From assembly GCA_025603075.1 (NCBI GenBank), contig MU626331.1, forward strand, positions 31,758 through 95,757: a stretch of DNA of 64,000 nucleotides, given 5' to 3'. The notes under the pieces were generated by a model. The model had not been told where the DNA came from. It made no database searches and was given only the letters and a program-made list of their open reading frames with translations. Position numbers and translations under genes: made by a program. Positions 1-12,018 of this stretch are shown here, piece after piece. Origin of the DNA: Neoconidiobolus thromboides FSU 785. Lineage: Eukaryota; Fungi; Entomophthoromycota. Position 1 is the first letter of the stretch. Each line of letters begins with the position of its first letter.

Positions 1-478
1 GATATATTCTTCCCTGTATTAAATAATATTTAAATATTTCTATAAATTTGCTCAAATAATGTCAAATTGATAATGCAGTAAGTTTTCATACTAGTTAAAT
101 TCTTGAATGTAATTTTTTATTTATCTAAGTATCAATAAAAAAACCAATAATATAAATTTTATTTTTCATGTGTTATCTTTTATTGTAAAAATACGTATTT
201 AGTATTGAAAAAATTCCACATTTATTGTATCTATATGTGTATCATTACAATTGTAAGGTTGCTTAGTAAAATCAGCTATTTTTACTACTACACTTAATTG
301 CTTTATAAGCAATCAAAAGTTTAAACTATTTTTTTAATTATAGTTATAAACTCGATTAGATTTATTTTCTAATTTCTCTTAGTATAAGCCAATTCCATGA
401 ACCATAATACTATAGGACTAACTTGAGTCCTTAGCTAAAGCCCAATAAAAATAGATGATCTGATCCAAATGAAAATAA

Positions 479-814
479 CTAACGGGACCATCTATTACGT
501 ATTCCAAACAAGTCAAGTATATCCCTAACTACTGGAAGTGAGGAGACGAGTCCTCCACTGCCACTTTTTTTGGCATACACTACTGGACCCCTCTCTTGCT
601 CTTGGGCAAAATTGGGGTTTGGGAAGTTGCTATCAGAATCAGACCCAGAACCAGAACCAGAGCCTTGGAAATCTCCTTGTTGGCTTCCGCTGTACTCTGC
701 TTGTAAAAAATCTGGTAACCAACTAAGTTGAAAGACAGGAGTTGGGCTATCTGGATATCGACGAAATATACAGTGACAGAAGGCTATTAAATATATTAAA
801 ATTATTAGCTTCAT
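479..814 (-). CDS. Small secreted protein (111 aa) with GS/DS linker and C-terminal amphipathic segment
   Basis: ATG-started intact ORF. Hydrophobic N-terminus MKLIILIYLIAFCHC looks like a signal peptide. Dibasic RR and KK sites. Less AT-rich than the flanks. No recognised domain. Confidence 0.65.
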   Translation of the reverse strand: MKLIILIYLIAFCHCIFRRYPDSPTPVFQLSWLPDFLQAEYSGSQQGDFQGSGSGSGSDSDSNFPNPNFAQEQERGPVVYAKKSGSGGLVSSLPVVRDILDLFGIRNRWSR

Positions 815-2306
815 TGGTATTTAAATTATTTAAATTATTTAATAAATAATCTTAGAATGTGTATTGAAGCTTTGTATATATATTCACTTTGAGATATTCT
901 CGAACTATATTAGTGGATCTTAATAAATCTTAAGTATAGTTTAAACTTTTATTTATTTATTTGGCTAGTTTGTCATTTGTCATTTTGGATCACTTTAAGA
1001 TAGTATAGATTGTTTGACAAACAAACTATATATCAAAGTCCAAAGATCTTTATATTATTATTGTTTTTCCTATGATTAAAAGTAAATATAGCATTTTTTA
1101 ATATTCAATTTAGGAGAAAATGTATACTTTGGATTTAGGTTTCATGCTTACCTTATTTGGTATTGAAGATAAAACCTCTGTAATTTTACCAAACATTTAC
1201 CTATTAGTAATATTTATTTATAAATATCAATGGTTCAATATTGCTGATTACACAATTCACTAAGTTTTAAATATAATAAATGAAGCATTTAATCTAAATG
1301 TGAGTATATGTTGGCTTAGTTATTGAGCTTTTTAGTGTTTTAAGTTAATAAGATATTGTTAAAAAAATTTATTCTGAAGATTTAATGATTGCCTATTAAA
1401 ATTCAAATATAAATTACAAGGATCTAAAATGGCAAACTCATTTTTATATTAATAGATAGTAGATGCTATTTTAAGTACATGTGGGGGAATATCAATTAGT
1501 TGGATACTACTTTCAAACACTAAATTTTTAGTTCGTATCTCAAGTATTCAAAATAACATAAACAACCACGATATCTAACTAAATGATATTTATTATTTCA
1601 AGGAGCTTAATTATCATTACAAAGTAATCTATTGATTTTTATTTAACTTTCAATTACATTTGCTAAAGTTCAATTGAGAAGCAATAAGCGACAATTTTTA
1701 CAACAATCAATTTATATCATTATCATGATTTGTAGTTTAGTTATTAAAGTTTCGCTTTAAAATAAGCAGTTAGCTACTTCATAACTGATCTTTAACAGTC
1801 GTAAAGACAATTTTTTTGTTAGAGTAGCTCTAACAACTCGGATTGCTATAAAATTAATTCTTAAAAATACCAAAAGCAAATAACTTATATCAAAAAAGAG
1901 TCGTAATTACCAAATGCTTTTATTGATATTCTCACCATAAATCACCTATCCCGAAGTCATTTTAACAAGACTTTAAAACCCACCTTGATTACATTTCCTT
2001 CCACTCCAAGTCATTAATTTGATTTAAGAATTGCCCTTTAAAAATTAAAAGTTATGATTAATAATAATTAAATGGGGTATAAAAAAGTAGACATTAAAAA
2101 GCGTAGTATGTTAGATATAGAAATAATATAGAATATGAAAAGTATCTAAAAGATTTTGGTTATAAACAATAAAAAGCTACTTACAGTTGAAATAGAGGAT
2201 TAAAAAGAGAATTAAAGATATTTTAATTAAGATATATTAATCTAGAAAAAAAAATTAAGTATGATTAAAGAACGAACAACATCCTTAATCCTCTAAATAG
2301 AGTAAA

Positions 2307-3120
<814 letters not shown>

Positions 3121-4925
3121 GACTTAATAATAATACAAATAGAATGGATAATTAAAGTAAGGAGGATTAGGGAATTTAATTAATAGAAACTAGGGAAAAA
3201 GGAATTGGTAGATTAAAAAATGGAATTTTAAGCAAATAAAAAATAGCAAATTTGGAATTTTATGCAGAGTTATTATAAAGTGATTGGAATAATAATGAAT
3301 TTCGAACACTTTTTTGGCGACTTATTCTTAGTTTTTAATACAAAAGTTAGATATTAAAAATTTAAAACTTTGAAAATGTTACCACTTTAAAGACAAAATT
3401 TATTTTTATTTCTCTTATTATTTAAAACTTCAATGCTTCTTCACCCTTTTACATTTAAAATAAAACAATATAAATTAGCTATTACAACTATGTAGAACAA
3501 AACAAAAATAAAAGTTAACCAGATCAAACTTAACAAACGTCCACTAATTGGTTAAAAATTAAGGTCCAAAATCAGGTGGAGACCCTATCATTAAGTTAGA
3601 AATTCCTTGATTTGGAAATTGTCCCCTTCTTTAAGTTCTTGGTGCATCACCTTGCCTTTGATTGGTAACTCATTTTTCAAACCCTCCACTAAATTTTTAC
3701 TATTTTGTTTTAGTAGCTATTGGGGATGATTTAATGCCTAACATTAATTTTTATTTAAAAAATTAAGCTATTTGAATTTTAGTTCATACTTTTAAGTACA
3801 ATTTGTTTAAATTACCTCTTGTATAACTATTGATTTATGGATTTATGAAACTCATCATAAATAATATACTCGGTTATCAATTTATTCTATCTTATTTGAA
3901 CCAAACTCTTAGTCATAAAATTATTACTTCATTTTCTTAAAAGTGTTAATCCAACTACAAAACCGTTATTTTTGTATAAGATTAAAATTTTAAAGATTTT
4001 AATAGAATGTACTCTTTTTTTATAATTTTTTACATTTATGTATAATCATCACCCATCAAGTCGTTGAGGTTGTTTAATATGCTGTTAAATTTAAACTTTG
4101 ACATTTTTTAAAACGTAAGGTTTTTAAGATTTATTTCTCAACAATAATTAAGGTTTTATAGCCAATCTAAAGTAATATTTGTATTTTATAATACTAACTT
4201 AAGAAGGGGAGACAATAGATGAAGCATTTCAGTAGTACCCTTTTTATACTATGTTGCAATACCATAATGTTAAGTTGTCTTTTTTCAATAGTCAATGTGG
4301 CTTGATAAAAGTGAACTAGCTTTTTGGAAATCTCGCTTATAATTTCTGGGTATAGATGGAGTATTTAAAAAGTAGCAATATTAATAAAAAACATAGCTCA
4401 TTTATGATGCTGCTATTAAATGCCAAAAACTTGAATATCCACATAACGGTCAATTAGAATCTTGCTTATTTACAAAAATAGCCTTATGGTAATAATAGAA
4501 ATTTTATAAAGTAGATTCATGTGTTAAAATAGCAATCTTATAAATAACAGGAGTTGGAGATTAAAACGCTCAGCTTTATTTTTCAACGAAGTTACTTGGC
4601 TAGACGAATTTGATTTTTAATATCTAAAACACCAAATTGAGCTACATTTAGCTGGTATCTTCATAGTTGTTTAAAAGTCATAAAATCACAATCAATTTTT
4701 AAAGTCTGATCCTTATTTTTAGGAGAATTTTAACACAAATTATTTCTTAAATGAGCATTTAGATTACAAAAGAGTTCTAATAATTGTAATTGTGTAAATA
4801 AAGTGCTTATAAAAATACCACTTAGGTAGCTTGCCCTTATAGAGTTGCAACAGTCGTAAATGCATTCATTTTGATTCGCAAATTAAAATTGTAATTTATA
4901 TATTATTTTAATAATAACATGTATA

Positions 4926-4997
4926 TCTCGGGTAGTATAGTGGTGAGTATCCCCGCCTGTCACGCGGGAGACCGGGGTTCAATTCCCCGCTCGAGAG
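4926..4997 (+). tRNA. tRNA-Asp (GTC)
   Basis: Full cloverleaf: acceptor TCTCGGG/CTCGAGA, anticodon arm CCCGC-CT GTC AC-GCGGG, T-loop GGTTCAATTCC. Confidence 0.97.
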
Positions 4998-5794
4998 TGA
5001 TTATATCTTTTACTTGAGAAGTATAACTTTTAATGTAAGAACCAAACAGAAAACAGCTATTTTTACAATCATTAATTATAACTTAAGTGATGTTTTATTA
5101 TAGATCAATAAACATTAGTTTTTTTTACAAATAACTTTGGCTTTTTGATAAGCATTTAAAGATAGAAATGTAACAGCAAGGCGTTTTTACTTTAGAGTGA
5201 ATTGTTAATAGAACAAATTGAAATACGCTATTAAAACTAATGACTATTGCTTAATAAAGTCGAAATTACCTAGAAAACCCTAATACTAATTTTATTTTCC
5301 TTAATGTTTTTTGTTCCCCTTTTTGCAATTTTTATAATATAAAACAATTTGGAATAATTTGTCTTCCTTAAAATTTAGCTTTGCATGTTTAAGCCAAAGT
5401 GCTTAAGCCTATACATTGTTTAAATGTGTTAAAATATGTACAAAAGATATACAGGATTATTATGATTAAATGAAAATAATCATAGTTAAAAACTGAATTT
5501 ATTTTATTTTTATTTCAAATGCTAAAAAATAACCTTTTTAAAAAAGCATTAATTTTTTTTAGCAAAGCCCTGCTGAATCTTATTGGGCTAAAACTAAGTG
5601 TACAGTAGTGTATGATTGGTAGACAATAAAATAAAGCGTACTATTGGATAATGTAGTATGTTACGTTTTAATTTGTTGACTATTACGAATACATTAGTGG
5701 GATGAATTGTTGTAGCAATTTGAATTGTTTAGATAGATTTTAATATTCAGTATCCCTCTTTCCAATTTTATAAGTTTGAAATCAACAATAAAAA

Positions 5795-8700
5795 ATGGAA
5801 TTTCCAAATGCTTTGCTATCTATAAATGTCGCTGAAATGAACAGCGAGAGTATCTATCAAATAGTTCGGGAAATCAAAACTGAAAATATGGTTATCGTTC
5901 TTGTTTTTTTCATCTTATCTTTTATCAATAATCCTTTTGAATTTCAATTGATTGAACTCGCTATACAACACCTCCGTGACCAAGCTAATAACTTTGATGA
6001 GATCATGGGTGATGCTTTATTTACTGTTGAGAATCAAGTCGAATCAGAAGAGCATGTTGCTCTATTTTATAAGTTTATTTTAGGGTTGCTGACTCATGGC
6101 TACATCTCTGAAGACGCTCTTGGTGAAAGGCTTGACTTTAAAACACTCAAAAGCCTTAAGCTCATTAGGGACGATGGGAACTTAAACAAAAGGCTTGTCC
6201 GATATAATACTGCTCAATTGTATAAACAGGTTAAATTCAATTTGTTACATGAGTCTTCACTTGGGTATAGTGCTCTTTTCAATGTCATCTTTTGTGCTTT
6301 TATGGATAAGACACCTATTGAGGTTGTTCATCGGGATATAGCTCATTTAGTTGGGGTTCATGCTCTTGATCCTGCCCATGTAATTGACATCGTTATCTCT
6401 GTATTTGCCCAATGCCTTGAAGATAATTATGAATACTTTTTATTTTTGCTAAGTAATTCTCCTTGGTTTAACAATGATCGAGAATTAGGGATCAAAACTT
6501 TTACTGATATAATTGCTTTTAAATTGGCTAATCTTTTGGTACTTGGTAATGTATCAGAATCCGATTGTATCAGATATTATCACGTTGCTGCTTTGCTTAT
6601 TAAATGCGGTTTAGTTGACTTAGAGGTCCTTTATTGCAGGCTCTCTCCTTCAGACGAAAAATGGCAAGAAATTTATAAGGAATGCTTATACGACATGAAA
6701 ACTCAAAAGCATAAATTAGCGCAAGGTGTTATGGCAAGTCTTGATGAAACTTCATCAAATGAGGACGAGGATACAAAAAAGGAAGAAGAAACGGAAATAG
6801 AAGTCGAACCACCTAATCAAAAGCTAGGCTTACTTCGTGCTTTACTATCAATAGGTGCTCTTAATGGCTCACAATGGGTTATTTGTACTGAACCTACCTT
6901 CCTTGCTGCTGATCCTATCAGCTGTAAGCTTTTATGCAGAGTTATTAATAGAATGATTGATTCTGCCGGAGAAGTCCATAATCCTTCATTTTGCCCAGGG
7001 AAATTAGTAGGACTTTCTGGACCATCTAAGAATGCACCAACTATTGACAAGATGGAAGTTGCTCTTGATCCATTAACTTGCCAGATTAACCACGAATTCT
7101 ATTGTAAAAACTGGGATAACGAGATTGTAAAATTAGGAATTACGTTTGATAAATTTGATCACGTGTTTCATTGGTTGCACTATTTAGGACCTAACATCAA
7201 TGACTCTTTATTATATAATAAATTAGCCAGCATGGCTAAAAAGCCACTTGAAGACAATATCAACCGTTTAACAGATACACCTTGGTATCAAGTATTAATG
7301 AAAACTTTATTACCAGGGTTACAATTTGTGGGTATGAATATAGGAATCTTTGGTGTATTATGGGAAACGGTGCGCAAGTTACCCACAGGCTTGAGGTATG
7401 GTATCTATGGTTTATGGGCTGATAAATCTTTTTCTACTGCTGAGTTTAAAGCCAAAAGAAATTCAATTAGGATTCAATCAAATCAGCTTATTACTAGGAT
7501 CACTGACCAGAATTCTGAAGATTTTGCTAGATATTTCAAAGAGTTGATTTATAAAGATCCTATTGTTGCTATTCACAAGGTTTTATTAGATGTCATGATT
7601 TACAACCGTCTTAGCCCTTATCTTGACACTTTTCAATTTATTGCTGACTTTATACCTGACGTTTTTGTCTTTACTTTTCTTAACTTTTTAAGCGATCCAG
7701 AAGCCGGAGACTTACAAGAATCTTCCCGTCTTAAAGATGACTGTATTAACACTGGAGATTGGCTAAGAAATTTGGCTGACTTTGTTACTCTTATTTCAAG
7801 AAAAACTAAAGTATTCCGTTTAGACATACTCTTTACATACATCATTGACCAGTTACATGCAGGGAATGGTTTTGATCTTGCCTTCCTTTCAGCATTGCTT
7901 CATAAAATGGGTGGTGTAGATAGTACTGAAAATGTCAGTGATGTTTACTTTTTAAGTGGAGGAAAAAATCTCAGAACTGAGGCCTTCCCACAAGGAGCTT
8001 CAATCAAAGCTTCATCCAGCAGTGCTTCTCGTTTATATGAATCCCTTATAGACTCTAAGTCCTTACCAATATTACTTGTACTACTCTGTCAACATTTGCA
8101 AAGCGTCATTTATGACAATAAGTGCACTCCTTACTTAGAGGAACGTGAAATCAATGGTAAGAACCTTGTTCCTGGATTAAAGGATTCTTTTATAGCCAAA
8201 TACCATGGTGGGCTTTCTTTCACTAAAGTTAGAGCTTCTCATTATACTTCTGTACAAGACATTTTGCATCGTCTTACTGATTTTTTGTATATTCAACTAG
8301 ACCCGAAGATCAAAGACCCCTTCATCCTTCCTTCTTTAGATCAACTAGTGCATAATTACAAACTATCGCCCACATTAGCATTCAATATCATTAGACCTCT
8401 ACTATCTTGTGGTGTGTATAACGAATATATATCTGAGTCCAGGACTTCTAATATAAATAATGAGATTGAACAGAATGAGACAGTTGAAGGAAAAGAACAG
8501 CTTGATCAAAATAGTACTGTAAATCTTGGTCAAGAAAACTCAGAAACACCTAATAAGATTTGGTTAAATAGTATTAAACCTATTTTCACCCAAATAGAGA
8601 ATTTTATCAATAAGCCTGTTTTATCAATAATTAATGTTGGTTTTTATGCTACTTTTTGGCAACTTAGATTGTACGATATCAACATTCCTTTTGTCCAATA

Positions 8701-11380
8701 TCAAGCCCAATTCGATATTTTTGATCCACAAATTCAGTCGCTTATAAGTGATAGTAAAAAGAGACGCCTTAATTCTGAGGAAAAAGAAAGGCTTGGTGAG
8801 CTTAGGGAGCGTCGCGAAGCCTTAGAAAAAGAGTTAGAGACTCAGAAAAGACTATATGCTTTAACAACTAACCGAATCAATCGTGAGAAGGATAATTGGT
8901 TTGCTACAGATGCGAACCCATCCGATATCATGGACCACATCATTACTTCCTGCCTAATTCCTCGCCTTGTATTTTCTGATTCTGATGCAGTTTATTGTGC
9001 AAAATTTTTGTTCCTGTTACATTCATTTAATTTTAAGAGCTTTTCAATTACAATAATGGTTACTAAACTTTTAAAGTACTTCAAACAACTTTTATCTACT
9101 TGTACCAAATCCGAAGGACGTTTCCTTGCTCTTTTCACCAAAGAATTATTTCAGTTTTTAAAGAATTGGTATTCTAAAGAGGAAGAATATAAAAAAGATA
9201 TCATAGAAAAGAAGTGTTATGGGTTTGCTTTAAATTCTGGATTATTGGAAATCCCGAACATTGAAAATATTCAATCTGATTATCTTCCACATGATGAATA
9301 TTGTAAACTTTATCACCAATGGGAAGCTAATCTATTTAATATATGTTGTTTTGGCCTAGATTCTGCTCAGTACCTTCAGACATTTAACACAGTTGAAATA
9401 CTCGTAAAGCTAGACAATATCTTCCCACGTTCAAACACGCACATTGAAGGCTTAATCAGAAAAGCTGATGATGCAATTGCCAACGACTCCAACAGAGAAT
9501 ATACTTCTTTACTTATTACTTATCGTGGTATATTGCAATTCATGATTAGGGCAAAACAAAATAACGAAAATAGGCCACCTAACGGTGCAGATCCTAGAAG
9601 AGAATCAACCACGCGAGCTAATAGGCCAAACAATACAGATCCATATTCTAGACAAAACCGTCCTTCTAATATTGGTTCAAGAACTACCACTTCAAGGGAT
9701 GATGGCTCAAGAGCTAATCCCAGACCTGATAGAGGAAGTTCTAGAAATGACTATGATAGAAACACCAGAAGATCTCCTGCGCGCACCTCCAACTCAACCC
9801 GCCATTCTAGTGGAAGGACTAGACCAACGTCCCGAGGTAGAGAAGATGAAGGCCTTTCATCAACCCAACGTAGGCCTGAAACATCCCCTGGTAATGGGCA
9901 ATCTCGCTTGCAAACTGGTGAGCCAGGGCTTAAAGAACAACCTTATACTAAGCAAGAGGTGCAAGTCGATCAAAATCAAAGTCAAAGCACTCAAAGTCGT
10001 GATGCTGGTTATGTACGTAATGATCAACCATCTCAACGATCTAGATCGGATGAATTTAAGGAGCATGTGAATAATGTTCCTCAATCTAATATTGAACCTA
10101 AATCCAATGCTCCAGCCCACAGCGGTCAACGTCGTCAACCACTAACCAACGCTAGGCCCCCGGTAGCTCAACAAGTTGACCAAAAGCCTTATCCTTCAAA
10201 TAACAATAAGAACCAAGCTCCAACATCTCAACAAAAAAGTCCAGAGCAAAGGCTTCAACCCCAATCCAACATAGACAAAGCTCCACCATCTCAATCTCAG
10301 CCTAATAATCCTGGGCAAAGAAATCAACCTCCATTCAATGATAATAAAGTCTCAACTCCTCAACTCCAATCTAATAACTCTAATCAAAATCATCAAGTCT
10401 CATCTAGTAACAATAGACCTGCCCCACCCCAATCTTATCCAAGCAACTCTGGTTCACTTGGACAAAGGAACCAACCTCTACAGAATGAAAACAGAAACCC
10501 TCCCCTCTCTCAATCACGTTCTAATAACAGATATGATAAATTAGGAGATAGACTATCAGGTCCTCAGAAGCATCAATCTAATGACGTACAGGGACCACAA
10601 AGAGCATCTGGGTCAATGAATACAAGCACTAATAGCCAAGGTCGTGTTGTAGCTAATAACAATCCAGGCAGTTATGCTAATGAAAGAGTCCATTCATCCC
10701 AGGGAAATGAACACCAACAAATGCCTGTAAGAGGTACTCGTAATATTGTAGCTAATACCAATGAACAACGTGATCATCGTGATTATCCCGATCAGCGCAA
10801 TCAACGCCAAGATAACAGGCAGGAGTTGTTCAACTCAACGAATCAACACAATCAACGTCAAGATCCATCTAATAATTCAACAAACCAAGGAATGCGCTCA
10901 AGTAATCCTCAAGTAAGAAGCCCTAAGCGCCAGCGTGGGGATAATATGGGAGGTTATCAAAACAATGAGGGAAATTTCCGTAATACAAAAGGGAAATTTA
11001 ACAACGAACAAGATGATTATGACAATCACTATAAACAGGGTCAATATAAAGACCACTATCCCCATATGGATCAAAACAACTTTGACAGAAATCGTCGACA
11101 CGATAATTTCAATCGTTCTAGGAACTTAATGAATGCTCATTTACGTGATTCACGTGGCAATTTTGGGAATCAGCATAGAGATGGTTTCCAAGGGCAAAAT
11201 CAACGTAGAGATCAAAATCAACGCAGAGATGATGATTATCAAGGTCAGCGCAGAGATGGTGATGATGACTTTCAGGGCCAAAATCAACGCAGAGATCAAA
11301 ATCAACGTAGAGATAATGATGACTTTCAAGGGCAACCACCTCGTGGTAATTATTATTCAGGCTCTCGCTCTCGCCGTTAA
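5795..11380 (+). CDS. THO2: THO complex subunit 2 (Tho2/THOC2) homolog with long Q/N/R-rich C-terminal tail
   Basis: 1861-aa single ORF with recognisable THOC2 motifs: YKQVKFNLLHESSLGYS, LVGVHALDPAHVIDIV, NQKLGLLRALLSIG, WLRNLADF and CLIPRLVFSDSDAVYCAKFLFLLH. Confidence 0.88.
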   Translation: MEFPNALLSINVAEMNSESIYQIVREIKTENMVIVLVFFILSFINNPFEFQLIELAIQHLRDQANNFDEIMGDALFTVENQVESEEHVALFYKFILGLLTHGYISEDALGERLDFKTLKSLKLIRDDGNLNKRLVRYNTAQLYKQVKFNLLHESSLGYSALFNVIFCAFMDKTPIEVVHRDIAHLVGVHALDPAHVIDIVISVFAQCLEDNYEYFLFLLSNSPWFNNDRELGIKTFTDIIAFKLANLLVLGNVSESDCIRYYHVAALLIKCGLVDLEVLYCRLSPSDEKWQEIYKECLYDMKTQKHKLAQGVMASLDETSSNEDEDTKKEEETEIEVEPPNQKLGLLRALLSIGALNGSQWVICTEPTFLAADPISCKLLCRVINRMIDSAGEVHNPSFCPGKLVGLSGPSKNAPTIDKMEVALDPLTCQINHEFYCKNWDNEIVKLGITFDKFDHVFHWLHYLGPNINDSLLYNKLASMAKKPLEDNINRLTDTPWYQVLMKTLLPGLQFVGMNIGIFGVLWETVRKLPTGLRYGIYGLWADKSFSTAEFKAKRNSIRIQSNQLITRITDQNSEDFARYFKELIYKDPIVAIHKVLLDVMIYNRLSPYLDTFQFIADFIPDVFVFTFLNFLSDPEAGDLQESSRLKDDCINTGDWLRNLADFVTLISRKTKVFRLDILFTYIIDQLHAGNGFDLAFLSALLHKMGGVDSTENVSDVYFLSGGKNLRTEAFPQGASIKASSSSASRLYESLIDSKSLPILLVLLCQHLQSVIYDNKCTPYLEEREINGKNLVPGLKDSFIAKYHGGLSFTKVRASHYTSVQDILHRLTDFLYIQLDPKIKDPFILPSLDQLVHNYKLSPTLAFNIIRPLLSCGVYNEYISESRTSNINNEIEQNETVEGKEQLDQNSTVNLGQENSETPNKIWLNSIKPIFTQIENFINKPVLSIINVGFYATFWQLRLYDINIPFVQYQAQFDIFDPQIQSLISDSKKRRLNSEEKERLGELRERREALEKELETQKRLYALTTNRINREKDNWFATDANPSDIMDHIITSCLIPRLVFSDSDAVYCAKFLFLLHSFNFKSFSITIMVTKLLKYFKQLLSTCTKSEGRFLALFTKELFQFLKNWYSKEEEYKKDIIEKKCYGFALNSGLLEIPNIENIQSDYLPHDEYCKLYHQWEANLFNICCFGLDSAQYLQTFNTVEILVKLDNIFPRSNTHIEGLIRKADDAIANDSNREYTSLLITYRGILQFMIRAKQNNENRPPNGADPRRESTTRANRPNNTDPYSRQNRPSNIGSRTTTSRDDGSRANPRPDRGSSRNDYDRNTRRSPARTSNSTRHSSGRTRPTSRGREDEGLSSTQRRPETSPGNGQSRLQTGEPGLKEQPYTKQEVQVDQNQSQSTQSRDAGYVRNDQPSQRSRSDEFKEHVNNVPQSNIEPKSNAPAHSGQRRQPLTNARPPVAQQVDQKPYPSNNNKNQAPTSQQKSPEQRLQPQSNIDKAPPSQSQPNNPGQRNQPPFNDNKVSTPQLQSNNSNQNHQVSSSNNRPAPPQSYPSNSGSLGQRNQPLQNENRNPPLSQSRSNNRYDKLGDRLSGPQKHQSNDVQGPQRASGSMNTSTNSQGRVVANNNPGSYANERVHSSQGNEHQQMPVRGTRNIVANTNEQRDHRDYPDQRNQRQDNRQELFNSTNQHNQRQDPSNNSTNQGMRSSNPQVRSPKRQRGDNMGGYQNNEGNFRNTKGKFNNEQDDYDNHYKQGQYKDHYPHMDQNNFDRNRRHDNFNRSRNLMNAHLRDSRGNFGNQHRDGFQGQNQRRDQNQRRDDDYQGQRRDGDDDFQGQNQRRDQNQRRDNDDFQGQPPRGNYYSGSRSRR
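11181..11335 (+). repeat. Imperfect coding repeat at the THO2 C-terminus (FQGQNQRRDQNQRRD units)
   Basis: caaaatcaacg(t/c)agagat occurs four times; the peptide block FQGQNQRRDQNQRRD occurs twice. Confidence 0.85.
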
Positions 11381-11623
11381 AAGCCTTTAAGTATGTTTGG
11401 TTCATTTTTAAATTCAAAGTTTATTACTCAATAGTTTTATAGAGTTGGGTATAAATATATGGCGTTGATTATAATAATATTTCCTATCAAACATGAACTT
11501 TATTTTCTCAATAAATTTATAATATTTGAAATAAGTTTCTTGTATCGTTTATTTGAATAAGTCTAAAATAAATTATAAAATTATGAAGATGGGAGTAAAT
11601 TTAAAAATGGTTTAGGATTAAAA

Positions 11624-11727
11624 TATGGGGATGTATTTATTATTTGAGAGCTTTACTAATAATTTTTCCGCTTAAATAGCGCTTAAAAGATGGAAAAAGT
11701 AATGAAATCAAAAAAAATATCCTCATA
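11624..11727 (+). mobile_element. ~105-bp MITE-like element, copy 1
   Basis: Starts tatggggatgtattt, contains the core aaatagcgcttaaaagatggaaaaa, ends aaaaaaatatcctcata. Aligns with 10 other copies. Confidence 0.8.
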
Positions 11728-11768
11728 TATATAATCTTTAAATTTATTTAGGTTTAAGTTTGTAAAGT

Positions 11769-11869
11769 TATGTGAGTATTTTTTTATCCCATTATTTTAT
11801 CTGCTTTTTATACTATGAAAATAATGGGAAACTATTAACTAAACGTTAAAGTAAAAAAGTATCCCAATA
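11769..11869 (-). mobile_element. Possible highly decayed copy of the same element (copy 1b)
   Basis: Same length and end-like sequences (tatgtgagtattttt ... aaaaaagtatcccaata), but the core is barely recognisable. Confidence 0.35.
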
Positions 11870-12018
11870 TGAGGGGTACTATAAAAATAAACAAAACAGC
11901 ATTTTTAAAATAAGTAAAAGCGGGAAAAGGTGAGTTTTGGGTTTAAACTGTCTCACGTTAAAAGTAGATTTACTAAATTTAATATCAAATAGTTAATTAA
12001 TTTATATATATTGTTCAA

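Noticed and set aside
3570-3700. Short coding-like segment upstream of Ras paralog A
   Set aside because: Only about 30 codons, with no convincing start, splice partner or homology.
6817-11417. Numerous short overlapping or antisense ORFs inside THO2
   Set aside because: Expected by-products of a long, less AT-rich, low-complexity CDS; no motifs.
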